The notes beneath the pieces were generated by a model. The model had not been told where the DNA came from. It saw only the letters and a program-made list of their open reading frames with translations, and searched no databases. From IMG/VR virus record IMGVR_UViG_3300020411_000003: a stretch of 64,000 nucleotides of DNA; one strand, written 5' to 3'. Below, in pieces: positions 34,401 to 39,201 of the stretch. A program made the translations under genes and the position numbers. Source of the DNA: a virus. The stretch's first letter is position 1. The number at the start of each line of letters is the position of its first letter.

Positions 34401-36260
34401 GGTTGCACTGAAAATATTGCTACTTCCAGCAGTTCTAGGAATTAATTTTACATATAACTTTTCATCTGACCTAGCACCTATACGGAATCCATCAATAGAT
34501 GCAGCGAGACGTGTCTCAGGATTATATCCTTCATCGTCTCCAAGATAGATCTTAGTCTGGTCTGATGCAGTGTTAAGATTTTTGGTAGCTGGAATATCAA
34601 TAGTATAATAAGCATTCTTCTTGATATTTCCAGTAGTTGTATCCACCACTTTAGGTGGAACAATGTCAGTAATATATCCACCCTTATCCTGTGCAAAGGC
34701 ATATCCTTTATGACCGATAGCATGTAAGGATGTATTACCAAAGTTGGAGTTAGAGTTGGTGATACTCATATCACCACCACTTTCCATTAAGAAGTGATCA
34801 GCGAAACCAACAGCGAAGATACTAACACACTGAATGAATGCGTCTTCAGATGCACGAACGTGGAAGTTTCTCCAGTCATCCTTCCAGAATGCATCACCCT
34901 TAGTATGATAAGGTACTGTTGCAAATGCGTCTGTTAGAGATGCTTGGTTAAATGTGTTTGTAAACTCATCATATCTGATGAATGCTCTATCGTCTTTCTG
35001 TAGAGATACACCAGTGTACTGAGCGATAACCATTGATTTGAAACCAGTGGCTTTCAAACCATTTGCCCAGATACCACAAATACCCCATGTAGATCTGATG
35101 GAGCAGTTGAATACGTATGGAGATGCAGATTCAACAGAGTCAACTTCTGCTTTAACAACTGCGTTTGAATCTAAACCATTTGCAGCAGTATATGTTGTGC
35201 CACTTATTAAAGATGTACTAGTTCCAAGAGCAGCAACAGTTCCTGGTATATTATAGGAGAACTTACGTTGATCAACTAAATCAATCTCAGAGATTGTGAA
35301 TACACCATCAAGTTGTTCATCTAGACCATTGTTTTCAATAGCAACGAACTGGTTCTTGAAGTAACCATGATTAACTTTAGATGTTACTTCAACATTAATT
35401 GTTCCTGCTGGTGCAGAATCTGTAAGTTTAATACTCTCAATAGAACGAATATCTGAGAGAGGTCCAACAATTCTAGTCTCTTGAATTCTATCACTGAATT
35501 CACCTGGATCATCAATTGTTGGTTGATATTGTGAAAATGCTTTAGCAACTTTCTGATAATACAGACCTAATTCTTCTTTGTCTGCATACTCAAAAACAGT
35601 CAGTTTATGGTGAGAGAAGTTTGGTACAGCTTTTGCAGTCCAATCACCATTTTGATAATAAACTTTACCAATTCCGTCAGAATTGTCAAACAATGGTGAC
35701 GCAGGTTCTAAATCACCATCTCTGATAGTGAACTGCCAGAAGTAACAACCACCAGTAACATTGAATATAGCAGAGCGAGCTTCTAAGCGATCAGCAGGAT
35801 CGGGAACAAACAGTGGATGAACTGATGTTCTACGTAGGTCATAACCAATAATAGAAGAACCACGAGGGATAATAGCACCACCCTCAGTGTTGTTAAATTT
35901 GTAGAGACAGTTGTTAGGATCACCAATATCTAAGTTAGAATTGTCAACCCATTCGTTGAGTGCTTGATCAAATTGGAACGGATCGATTCCATCAGCAGTA
36001 GCAAGACCAGGTCTGTTATCAACGTAATGCTTACCTGGCATCACCATGACAGTAAACTGGTCAAACCTATCGTTATCAGGACCTGGTTGGTAAGAGAATC
36101 GTGAAATCTCTAAAAATGCCCTCTGAATAGATTTAAACGGTCTAATAGGGGAGTTACCTCTATTATTAATCTCATCCGTTGCGTTAAAATCGTCAGGAGA
36201 AACATACAAATACTTACCAGTTTTAGAACTAATAAGATTGTCAAGTCTTGTCAAAGCCAT
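16428..36260 (-). CDS. giant virion structural protein (6610 aa), probable long fibre/adhesin
   Basis: Uninterrupted ORF; cyanophage-type N-terminus LYVSPDDFNATD...GNSPIRPFKSIQRA; late promoter upstream; lies in the fibre module. Confidence 0.9.
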   Translation of the reverse strand: MALTRLDNLISSKTGKYLYVSPDDFNATDEINNRGNSPIRPFKSIQRAFLEISRFSYQPGPDNDRFDQFTVMVMPGKHYVDNRPGLATADGIDPFQFDQALNEWVDNSNLDIGDPNNCLYKFNNTEGGAIIPRGSSIIGYDLRRTSVHPLFVPDPADRLEARSAIFNVTGGCYFWQFTIRDGDLEPASPLFDNSDGIGKVYYQNGDWTAKAVPNFSHHKLTVFEYADKEELGLYYQKVAKAFSQYQPTIDDPGEFSDRIQETRIVGPLSDIRSIESIKLTDSAPAGTINVEVTSKVNHGYFKNQFVAIENNGLDEQLDGVFTISEIDLVDQRKFSYNIPGTVAALGTSTSLISGTTYTAANGLDSNAVVKAEVDSVESASPYVFNCSIRSTWGICGIWANGLKATGFKSMVIAQYTGVSLQKDDRAFIRYDEFTNTFNQASLTDAFATVPYHTKGDAFWKDDWRNFHVRASEDAFIQCVSIFAVGFADHFLMESGGDMSITNSNSNFGNTSLHAIGHKGYAFAQDKGGYITDIVPPKVVDTTTGNIKKNAYYTIDIPATKNLNTASDQTKIYLGDDEGYNPETRLAASIDGFRIGARSDEKLYVKLIPRTAGSSNIFSATLSPNGFKKFNATASILNPTGITINNKDLDAADLIEANKEFIAYEAYGFITNKYPYLLDREGIDIVKCRRDIGYLLDATIQDLRLGGNINTIQAAESYYVGNNLSYITSELTETLEGYDYARDLAIASIRNFSYLRTGVETTGGSAIVDIGDTSGVVQGMTVADYDPSEFTDNKLNTGATRPASPVIPDNTYVKRVVSSTEIELGQKATFSTKKVISDRNGDARNLLLSNKLFIAAEAFDRMVLDYPSYTSPQGYGPQDCRDDLVDIVEAIAENTAYGGNDEVWDAAYHYDSGAVQYISQKKNETIRAIEYARDMSIQIMRNEQAFVFGSHGLTQTYDNTVTYEPPEVVNDRNGDARNLILANKQLIAAESVERMLIRSSTAEYTPSDAEYDPATGDLTLDIASHGLIGPTSITASDATYNPETGWLTITSNAHGLAAGSKIKIEDDSLTLTCSMDGNASVHTYPRSTDPISDKWIEVVEADTNTFSVDVGKSLLVGHDVTAASFAPATGLLTVTIPNHQLSEGQNVRVEDSAFTFTCAQDNHATQHVYPRSTDPAYQSSVKIVADGSKHTVTGAGYNPDKGTIEFTLANHGFSDGDKIRLDDDSLIFTCAMDANATEHSYPRKSDPISGKWVTITNTTNNTFEAHVGTTGAVTYDITNANYDPASGQLTVSVDGNHDIDVGENIRFATDALTFTCGMDGNSSNHTYPRVTDPAYNTGLEVIGVGGDFDISNANYNPSTGVLEFTVPNHGIANGELIKIAKESLTFTCGMDNNASEHKYPRATDPYSGDWLPVYDVAQNTFKVQIADAGSNVEFTPTNASYDPATGDLELTVGPHNLSVGDGIVMDDGALSFTCTMDGNQVAQSYPRANLDKASGRSLPITAIDTGKFTLNVGAAGSNKFLTPTGATYNENNGDMVLTVGQHGLRVGTDIVLKDNSLAFTCDKDGGATQHSYPRPGTDPFAGKSIAVTAVGSTQHTATNVDYTPSTGAMVVTVASHGFSPGDYIQVADNSITLTCDLDGNVSQKTYPRTNFDSLSNRWVPILSATTDTFTINVGSSTDNSVHTFVSASANGILKQDGTLTINVGFDADPANRYAHTFVSALTDAVEYKPQSAHTFVSALTNSIKNLPQSAHTFKRATSHAISKRGGDITVNVGKSPIVEFTPTNATYDPNTGLMELTIGSHSLTAGTSIKIDDDALKFTCEMDGNYSVKSYPRSTDPVHDTSIEITAVTATTITIDVGQSPIVSHNVDDGSYDPATGEMTLKIGNHSLTVGESIKIADGGVTFSCTYGNVPHTFITGANNGITDGGGNNWTAASGTTYDPITGELVLEVGAHSLNAASTHTVTDATYNAATGAMVVTIANHGFSNGDRVKFAEGSISLNCAMDGNVSTKTYPRRSDPTFGKWLQISNVTQDSFSVDVGSSPLIQHTPTGANYDPTTGIMELTIGAHSLTVGTAVKIADNSLTFTCAEDNHATTHTYPRATDPFSDKAFAITDVTATTISVQVLSTIPSTNTTAHTFVSATANCVTSGGNYAHTFVSATASGLKKANSTITFAQDALTFTCDADNNATQHTYPRATDPFRNETLGLDSVTGTTMTVFVGFSVGSQSAKSYPRSATETHTAAAGTTYDPATGILSVTTAAHNIKNGDYVQFATGAFTFTCMEDNNATQHTYPRVTDPVSSKWLKVSNVTSTTFEVQVLDVIPSTNTTAHLFVTGSTNGITSKVDRSYDQAIEITGVTADTITINVGPSSKTTDVHTFVSALAGAVKSGGGYVHTFKSADAGAVKTGGNYLHTFVSATSGALISGGNYAHTFVGAVANGLTRYNDTVTLDVGTSSNTTAHTFVSAIPNAITTGGNYTHSFIDANPNGIKKANDRIRIDYGALTFTCDMDNHGSSHAYPRISDPAYQEDLPVLAASTNQITVNIGKTSQGNLDVSDAAYNPSTGDLTLTVGQHNLEPGQDVKIIGNSIKFTCNKDNNATEHAYPRPTDPAGTSSLVVKDVGSTYHSSTNASYDPATGELTLVVAGHGFTDGDRIKIADGSLTFTCDMDNNATEHAYPRLKDPSNGKWLSIYGSTSDSFKVNVGQAGASQSYTPTGVDYQPASGNLILTIPNHNIPIGKNITIAQDSLKFRCTMGDTSEIKSYPRQTDPIYNTPTIVNSVSGDEIVINVGASPLVTHTPTGASFDPVTGLMTLIIGNHNISVGDSVKLADGAVTFTCAQDNNATNHAYPRSTIDSHNISDASYDPSTGVLTLTNSGHGIKQGDWVKVADNSLTFTCAQDNDGTNHTYPRATDPISNKWVKVLAVTIDTFDIQVLDFAPSTNTTAHTFVSAVAGAVTQKRDKSYDSPVNVTAVTADSITLDVGKSSDTTQHLFVSGLADSVTSGGNYTHTFISADYGAVVADITENKFTPTGANYDPASGDLTLTIGSHSLAVGDGITIDDNSLTFKCQMDGEQSNKVYPRPASKSLTATTGTTYNPTTGIVSITTTTEHGLLDGDFVKIADGALTFSCGFNGATGSIAEKSYPRPSDPVSGQWIKVSNVSATTFEFQCLAGLPSTNTDVHTFVSGVADAITRQTGSDWASSRSLNIVGRTSNTITVNVGGAGDNQTWTPSAADYNSTTGDMILTIGQHGLREGANIILKDNSLTFTCSKDNNTSNHSYPRPGIDPYAGEKSITINEVGATLHSAAGASYIPETGVLSLTVNNHGFSHGDYIQIVDGSLVMTCDLDGNVSSKNYPRAGFDYPSGRWLKIQNVTTNAFDVNVGISSDTTNHTFVSAVANGIKRQNGTITVNIGASPLTNYTPTSASYNASNGDLVLDIGVHDLQNGEKIRLATDSLTFTCTKDNNATNHTYPRVTDPAYNSDLEIKDATATTITVNVNFAATADQYDHTFVSANTNAVIYNQRYTHTFVSSTTNAVHFEPQSPHTFVSAVANSIKHYPTANHTFVRAVANNIERESGTFTVNVGAAALADQYPHLFTTASAGAVQTGGAYFHKFVSAVTNSIHKVFTVAGNQQYHNQDCIDDVVDLLEAVADNIAYGGNDKTWDAAYSYKTGAHVAGEEEETNYVFEQAREMAAQALRNQKILVTGHHGLSQVFDKSITYNEPDPPTDRFGDARNLVVANKLLIADEAYERMLVNYPGFVPPTGNPQDCKDDIVDFVEEVSYNLAYGGNDRVWEMTDLYVQGMVQEVAGEEQQTIDALNHARDLMIQIARNENIVTLGSHGRTQVRDTSITANVAAHVSNRHADAKDLILANVEFAAEIALGRMIAQYPSYTWQSGYSSTDCLDDLKDVVKVVAHNTGYGGNHRVWDAANLYVAGAHASGSENETIFAFNAVRDIIKEIATNVDVTVGGHTSLAQVKDTTITDGVSNGDCNVVLSAIDTLVSILTGTIQSPASLQGVTRTDSNGPCEDMRSAVGTLAKIVTDAIADPSTLSGKKHTVSTSSYDPATGALTLEIGAHSYSAGTSVYIPDNSLTFTCARDNNATNHTYPRSTDPASLNDPTITGTTATSITVNVGVSSDTSVHTFVSAAEKIVVGGVTRTPSVGSCEDVRSTLNSLFKIVIDTVETPTSLDGVPRTISNGACQQVASTITTLFQIITGTINSASYLDTVERNPVPLGLEFGPSINANATSTNSYLYFEFIDGVYTTLTRTVDDTITQNTTYPQCVDQANAIRQYFSNISTVIQTGLGTVPRSEPSQLSTALSSRATVWTLGQGNVANPHDLETGTPVRLVPRPRYDTVTQSYVEVDKRFVRLPNGFNTNQEYYVIAPARTTKPENYGISATFNGTDQTKIMLASSKENAAAGIYLHSAEVEDIHPDVEIDLYQFTLDDNYDLHQYACVLDGVSNTNIRTDVPHIFDVPFSNITGHTVFFRKREGGSLPLVGAAYASDTTVADVNGRLLNNKFFYARYQTEKVFTIHKTKSDAEQGVNPITYQPGIYDFNVFANKRESPMRFDPTFVNPNTSPVIYGKWYLQVENDNSTDQIIKRLREYADGIDKTNDSWFERIKDERPADDRLYRLRYVIPQYLQSVRDPLNGFTIKTRTDETRRLVPQKLLLKPVSGNVTKARFSNPVQSNEYIGYTKEDFINFSLNEEVAYDPYKKDLVGNTQFAKTITTQNYISMTIQSGRYVTQGADDYLELTVFEQGVTNTALANTKFTTVKITAPQGGAFVANKTQSVAGNRIEWAGNSSGYGYLHAIMQVPGTTTWHMILKDTVGKIDYDSIDNIRFSQGTAFADLLADADMGKSLVLKDLIKKGYPEYYYRQNGAAVYTITPGDIIEDDASIQYYVESVEDVGQIDDTFYIFNTQEIQKRIYGQQDGIYYLTAVRGNISPMPQGAGNLGNFKNFKFSQPISKLYPLNYKNDPLWYQQLDATLVDPPQTYSAADNYVHGLVRVNDFKGSLTQESVIDLVKNNAFGTNTYTQVSASVDNRIRAQKGNAASGSEDRLIPIAGDSTVQTDQRYYVELRRPSIARAGNHTFEYLGFGPGNYSTGLPQRQEVVLTEIQDFYAQSKKQDGGLVFYTGLNSNGDLYIGNRKIDAITGEEVFLESATLQDSADDDETLGNLVTTFDTPVTFNEYITVNGGEAQDKRSTFNSPVLINVLGTVRNNPALVVSSFVDPAIDDGSLDRSAFVRNVETGGDIVIARNKISAAIFQFNSRRDGQAYKIQTHVVGAVPSNITPDQTGAFGASQIVQYGNAGAPTSGDFLLKGESIGKTGSLGWIYSNYYTLIGNAVPESFAFNNTNVITIKWVSLTNTQLGITSSSEIKITGFSDSDFNGTWQVISNGFNPASDTLQIAIGATKNSVNNQNPRMWSDEVVNNPNIRLEYSNSNWKEWGVIGAEALRTESDTIGDYKLGVNTVGRSDKASFEKNFVDAKTTPRANLDVVGTAFISGKKITDYASHATDATRTYQDRTDAFMVGGDSATPENESTFRVSTANGGRVGINVTNTELDRALVVDGESRFTGDAKFEEDIEINGGGGTNTAQVRTTITTGTIEFFPSLFEGTLDFAPLATTVHVANDSTADQFIRVGNASLHSNIWIGATPDTSTNISKIEIGGAYNNNESLSFTLIGTKSFKTKGDFQLGTDRGLLDTVKLTSTAGTVEFFSGNSATSKLDFATNAAEITIAGKGGTTTIRNNLVVDSSARFNSDITLCGGFASYSFTAYRAQIGSTAFSHASGDLGNNVFNSNVDLIDVLRVASTSDVYNAVDTAGTGDWGGTIFQNEITQISGTVEPLTLPALTGEQYYLPLKNRPFDNNGDQYISEQDILLIDTDDSGNRHPEFVKVISLPRINVAPYWIVVERLPFGTYTAKRSDHPDTTAIYKCVVQYNATWTTTTIDATGAEENVYLAQFGGSIELGDYVIIDREDTTNNGIFDQGEMFKVKVLLSQVAKKLSIKNGCDTANEVTVFEVDSTTGNTQLGTGGTTVINGQLSLNGTCASPYTNDPTNKKLTITNGSEITTFEVDTCTGDTTIGNHHGTVFMLAEQYGTAPAAYTKGVDEVHVYRHNPMSVISGGPATTTADNVVTATSNIEIQGNLTSFTKGDLVAIYTTDAIEIIQITDDPYTGGGGELLLPTSSNAQYTNGGRGMEGTSARAFSIGANVVKLDKYDRTTTLLHDVPALQADRATELKARTPNQSDIRLEISLKDADLIAPKLDYVTLVRIGSEFFLPDSVDGTLDAFYAIKMPKQIREPNVVGTTPVQLFGGGSTTINQDLEIMSGVLRMYGSDGKTLVMSIANDDGHSGDGSLEDPKTETAGLTLKGAAAFYGDLKIYYDNCQMHGVCSTETSFRVTNREGNILMGETFYQKGKVLSVESAIDPIFHIDNLGAAGTGGTEGPKDFKIYQNNAIDSFGIEKYWTAGGGRRHTYVAFDPTTGLGQQIDNPLQVNQNYLVNASSGSNMVVYLPDNAQTGDMIRFVELSGNLTYNTSLIIRAKKINNIATNIQGDGSGSRIAAGAGQTLNTAWDSGELIIQTRNASFGLVYAGTVDVEGSASAQTIPPGLRGWWLIEL
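25400..33260 (-). repeat. about 25 imperfect beta-rich protein repeats (YDPxTG...FTCxxDNNxxxHxYPRxxDP...HTFVSA), nested
   Basis: Counted about 26 YPR motifs in the translation, one of them an isolated unit at about 23870-24120. Confidence 0.85.
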
Positions 36261-36295
36261 ATCTGATCCAGCTTAATGTTAGTTGGTGCTCAGAT

Positions 36296-36303
36296 TATTT
36301 ATA
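36296..36303 (-). promoter_or_regulatory. T4-type late promoter TATAAATA
   Basis: Exact T4 late consensus 35 nt upstream of the giant ORF. Confidence 0.75.
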
Positions 36304-36375
36304 CAAGAAAATCCTTGATTTCGCTTAGGTTCTAGAGAAATTACATCGATGTGATTTTAACCCAGTTCGAAAAAG

Positions 36376-36449
36376 TAGGAGTGGTGGGATTCGAACCCAC
36401 ACTGGAAAGATTTTAAGTCTTCTATCTCTGCCGATTGGATTACACTCCC
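36376..36449 (-). tRNA. trnL: tRNA-Leu(TAA)
   Basis: Cloverleaf: anticodon arm GAAGA-CTTAAAA-TCTTT, T-loop TTCGAAT. Confidence 0.9.
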
Positions 36450-36452
36450 AAA

Positions 36453-36526
36453 CGACTCAGGTAGGATTCGAACCTACGACCGACTGCTTAGAAGGCAGTT
36501 GCTCTTGTCCACTGAGCTACTGAGTC
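36453..36526 (-). tRNA. trnR: tRNA-Arg(TCT)
   Basis: Acceptor GACTCAG/CTGAGTC; anticodon arm ACTGC-CTTCTAA-GCAGT. Confidence 0.92.
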
Positions 36527-36528
36527 AA

Positions 36529-36601
36529 TAGGGGTTACGGGGATCGAACCCGTCTCCTATCAATTATGAGTTGATTGCATTCACCAGATTGCTAAACCCC
36601 T
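36529..36601 (-). tRNA. trnI: tRNA with CAT anticodon, probably Ile2 (lysidine) rather than Met
   Basis: Anticodon arm ATCAA-CTCATAA-TTGAT; paired first base pair, so not an initiator. Confidence 0.8.
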
Positions 36602-36948
36602 GGTATTAAAACTAAATCTGGTAATTCCCTTAAACCTGCATGAACTAATCTATGACAATTAGCACATAATGGAACACACTTGTCAACCTCCTCTTTCAGT
36701 GATGCGTACGGACCTGTTCTGACTAAACCTGTTATACTTACTGTTTTTTCTGAATTGTCTGCATGATGGAGATCCATCACACATACAGGGTATTGTATAT
36801 TGCAGATGACACAAGGATTTGACTTGGCATCATCTACCAATTTCTGCCTATTTTTCGGACCTCTTTGATTTGCTCGTTTGGTTTTACCATTTTTACGAGC
36901 CCATTCTCTTTGGTACTCTCTATTCTTCTGTTTGTCCTTTATTGGCAT
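36592..36948 (-). CDS. HNH endonuclease inside the tRNA cluster
   Basis: CVIC...MDLHH...EEVDKCVPLCANCHRLVH. Confidence 0.8.
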   Translation of the reverse strand: MPIKDKQKNREYQREWARKNGKTKRANQRGPKNRQKLVDDAKSNPCVICNIQYPVCVMDLHHADNSEKTVSITGLVRTGPYASLKEEVDKCVPLCANCHRLVHAGLRELPDLVLIPGV

Positions 36949-37063
36949 GTAATTTGTCTAATGCTTTCTTTACTTCAGGAGTCTCTTCCCATTCCCATAT
37001 ATTAGTATGCTTAGGGTTCTTTTTTTCTTGCTTGAAGGTTTTTTTCACAGTTCTTAATTTCAT
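36920..37063 (-). CDS. small basic protein (47 aa, ...IWEWEETPEVKKAL...)
   Basis: Manual translation; ATGA overlap with the upstream stop. Confidence 0.55.
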   Translation of the reverse strand: MKLRTVKKTFKQEKKNPKHTNIWEWEETPEVKKALDKLHANKGQTEE

Positions 37064-37608
37064 TGTTTCTCGAAGAAGTTAAAGTTTACCACACACTTGA
37101 ACCGATTGTCAAGTTGACTCACACCTCTATGTTTTAAATTTGCTGGAAATTTTACTAGACGATTAGCAACTGCTTCTGTTACTGTACCATCCTCAAACTC
37201 AGTAAATCCATCACATGTGTTAACATAATATATGGCGGTTGTCATTGTGTTGCTTGGAATTGGGTTTCCATTTTCCATTTCTGCCCAATCATAATGAAAA
37301 TCACTATAAAATCTCTTACTTTTTAGTGGTTCTAGATTTGCTTTAACTTTATGTAATGCAATAAAGTCTAGTCTATTCACTAAAGGTAATATAGATTGAA
37401 AATCTGGAGATATTTCATATCTAAAATTGCCACCGAATGCTTCTTGAAAATAAAATGGGTGAGTAAACTGATAATTGTCAATATCCTGTTCATTTGGACC
37501 ACATGTAACTTTATGTTGCTGATATGTCCATAAGAGAACTCCTCCCATGAAATATTGTTCAAGATGTACGAATTCTTCTTGTGGTAAAAAATTATCTAAT
37601 ATTTCCAT
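37060..37608 (-). CDS. 2OG-Fe(II) oxygenase; probable start MEILDNF
   Basis: FHYD motif, TAIYYVNTCDGFTEF, KHRG, KCVVNFNF; the track's GTG start lies inside the tmRNA 3' hairpin. Confidence 0.8.
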   Translation of the reverse strand: MEILDNFLPQEEFVHLEQYFMGGVLLWTYQQHKVTCGPNEQDIDNYQFTHPFYFQEAFGGNFRYEISPDFQSILPLVNRLDFIALHKVKANLEPLKSKRFYSDFHYDWAEMENGNPIPSNTMTTAIYYVNTCDGFTEFEDGTVTEAVANRLVKFPANLKHRGVSQLDNRFKCVVNFNFFEKQ

Positions 37609-37616
37609 TGTATGAA

Positions 37617-37917
37617 GGGGGTATTCCACCCCCGATAGGTTATTTGGGTTAGAAGGCTAACCTAACCCCCATCTCACCTTATGGTCTAAACAGCCACGAG
37701 GTCACGAGTTGCAACCTTGCTGAATGGACGTGAGAATGCTACGATGTTATTCGCAGCAGGTGTATCTGTTTTAGCAGATGTTGTTTGCTTATCCAAGCAG
37801 GTTTCAGTCCCGATCCTTATACCCTGTCGAAGCCATGGCATCCCCTCGAATGGAGATGACGGGAATCGAACCCGTGTCCAGAATGTAGGTGTCGTCACCT
37901 ATTCCCCAGAAGGGGAA
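37617..37917 (-). ncRNA. ssrA: circularly permuted (two-piece) tmRNA, cyanobacterial type
   Basis: T-arm ACGGG-TTCGATT-CCCGT plus CATCTCC-A precedes GGGGATG; acceptor stem with G3-U70; tag frame ANNIVAFSRPFSKVATRDLVAV* at 37754-37686. Confidence 0.9.
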
Positions 37918-37989
37918 AGCCAACAGTCGGATTTGAACCAACGACCTTCGCTTTACAAAAGCGTTGCTCTACCACTGAGCTATGCTGGC
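37918..37989 (-). tRNA. trnT: tRNA-Thr(TGT)
   Basis: Acceptor GCCAGCA/TGTTGGC; anticodon loop TT-TGT-AA; T-loop TTCAAAT. Confidence 0.9.
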
Positions 37990-38396
37990 AGTTTATCGAA
38001 TTTAAAGTGACCCCATTGAGAACCCCAAGTGTCACCTAAGTCTAGCACATGATAGATCTCATCGGTGAGGATTGCATCAATACTGTAATGTACGTTATCA
38101 TCTGATTTACCATGCCAATGATCGTCTTGCCACTCGAATATTGTATCACGTCCTTCCAGATATGTCCAACCTGAAGAGTCAAAATTTTGTACGAGAAATT
38201 TTTCCCCAATCGGGGTAACACGCATCCGAAATTCCCTGTATGGTTTAGGGTTGTGGTGGTATGCTTGAAACCCTTTGATCCAACCATCACCAACTTCCTC
38301 ATGACATATGAGGATCCTAGCAAACCTACTCGGATATTGCAAGGCTTGTTTATGATTGTCAAATTTTCCAATTAAACATTCACGAAAAGGTTTCAT
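37980..38396 (-). CDS. cpeT: CpeT/CpcT-like bilin lyase, copy 1
   Basis: GKFDNHKQALQYPSRFARI, PYR, WGSQWGHFKFDK. Confidence 0.65.
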   Translation of the reverse strand: MKPFRECLIGKFDNHKQALQYPSRFARILICHEEVGDGWIKGFQAYHHNPKPYREFRMRVTPIGEKFLVQNFDSSGWTYLEGRDTIFEWQDDHWHGKSDDNVHYSIDAILTDEIYHVLDLGDTWGSQWGHFKFDKLPA

Positions 38397-38691
38397 CAGG
38401 TAAACTTCCAACTAAAGGTACTTCAAATAGGAGAGGGTGCATCTCTTCCTCCATCAAATAACTAGAGACCTTTTCAACTTGTTCTAGTGTAAATTCTGGG
38501 TTGACTGCTGCTTCACCTCGAACCCATACATCTTCTAACTCTTCTTTATCCAAAGAGTCAAATGTAAAGGGCATTTTGTTGATAAACCACATTCTCACAA
38601 TGGATGAGTGGTTATCATCAAAGTAACAATACACGTATTTCGACGACAATTTGTATCCTTTGAACGCCATGATAAAACAATCTTCATACAA
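38380..38691 (-). CDS. conserved cyanophage hypothetical protein
   Basis: VRMWFINKMPFTFD...YLMEEEMHPLLF; ATAAATA upstream. Confidence 0.7.
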   Translation of the reverse strand: MYEDCFIMAFKGYKLSSKYVYCYFDDNHSSIVRMWFINKMPFTFDSLDKEELEDVWVRGEAAVNPEFTLEQVEKVSSYLMEEEMHPLLFEVPLVGSLPDETFS

Positions 38692-38695
38692 CTAT

Positions 38696-39148
38696 TTATC
38701 CAACTTTATCAAATTTGTAGACTACATCACTGCCCCAGACTACTTTGTCATCTTTCCATCCTTGATCTCTGCTCTTATAGTATACACCATTAAACTTGAC
38801 TAATGACACCACTTTACCACCGTTAACAATGCATTTATCTGTCTTAACCTGTCCAGAGTAGTAGTCCTCAATCTTATTGAATATCATATCACAACACTCG
38901 TTATGATCTGACCAATCAGGCAACCAGTTTTCAACTAGAATAGTACCTTCTTGCTGAAATACCTTATGCCACTTATGTCTGTATGCTTTCTCCTCACCGA
39001 GATATTCATACCACTGCTTAGATTCAAATTCATGATCACCGATACGTTCCCAACGCAATTTGACGTGAGACCACACAGCAGGATTTCTGCATGCCTGATT
39101 CCAGTTATCATAGAATCCTTCTAATTTATCGCAAAATTCTTCTAACAT
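38696..39148 (-). CDS. cpeT: CpeT/CpcT-like bilin lyase, copy 2; probable start MLEEF
   Basis: GFYDNWNQACRNPAVWSHV, SKQWY, AYR, SRDQG, VWGSDVVYKFDK. Confidence 0.75.
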   Translation of the reverse strand: MLEEFCDKLEGFYDNWNQACRNPAVWSHVKLRWERIGDHEFESKQWYEYLGEEKAYRHKWHKVFQQEGTILVENWLPDWSDHNECCDMIFNKIEDYYSGQVKTDKCIVNGGKVVSLVKFNGVYYKSRDQGWKDDKVVWGSDVVYKFDKVG

Positions 39149-39173
39149 AAAAAAAGGAGGGGTTTCCCCCTCC
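39148..39173 (-). terminator. intrinsic terminator GGAGGGG-GAAA-CCCCTCC-T7
   Basis: GC hairpin plus T tract after the beta-barrel gene; a TTGACT-16-TATAAT promoter lies immediately upstream. Confidence 0.8.
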
Positions 39174-39201
39174 ATTATAGCATATTCTATTGACTAGTCA
39201 A

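Noticed and set aside
16718-35256. Many 60-125-aa alternate-frame and antisense ORFs inside the giant gene
   Set aside because: Shadows of codon bias in a long ORF; no start signals or motifs
37771-37788. Alternative tmRNA resume frame GCA AAC AAC ATC TGC TAA (ANNIC*)
   Set aside because: Only five codons, overlapping structural hairpins; the downstream GCG frame matches the ANNIVxFSR tag pattern much better. Tag mass spectrometry would settle it
37686-37898. 70-aa ORF in the track (MTTPTFWTRVRF...)
   Set aside because: It runs through the tmRNA T-arm and acceptor stem; only the last 22 codons are meaningful, as the tag frame
37717-38010. Plus-strand 97-aa ORF
   Set aside because: Antisense to the tmRNA and tRNA-Thr; no independent support
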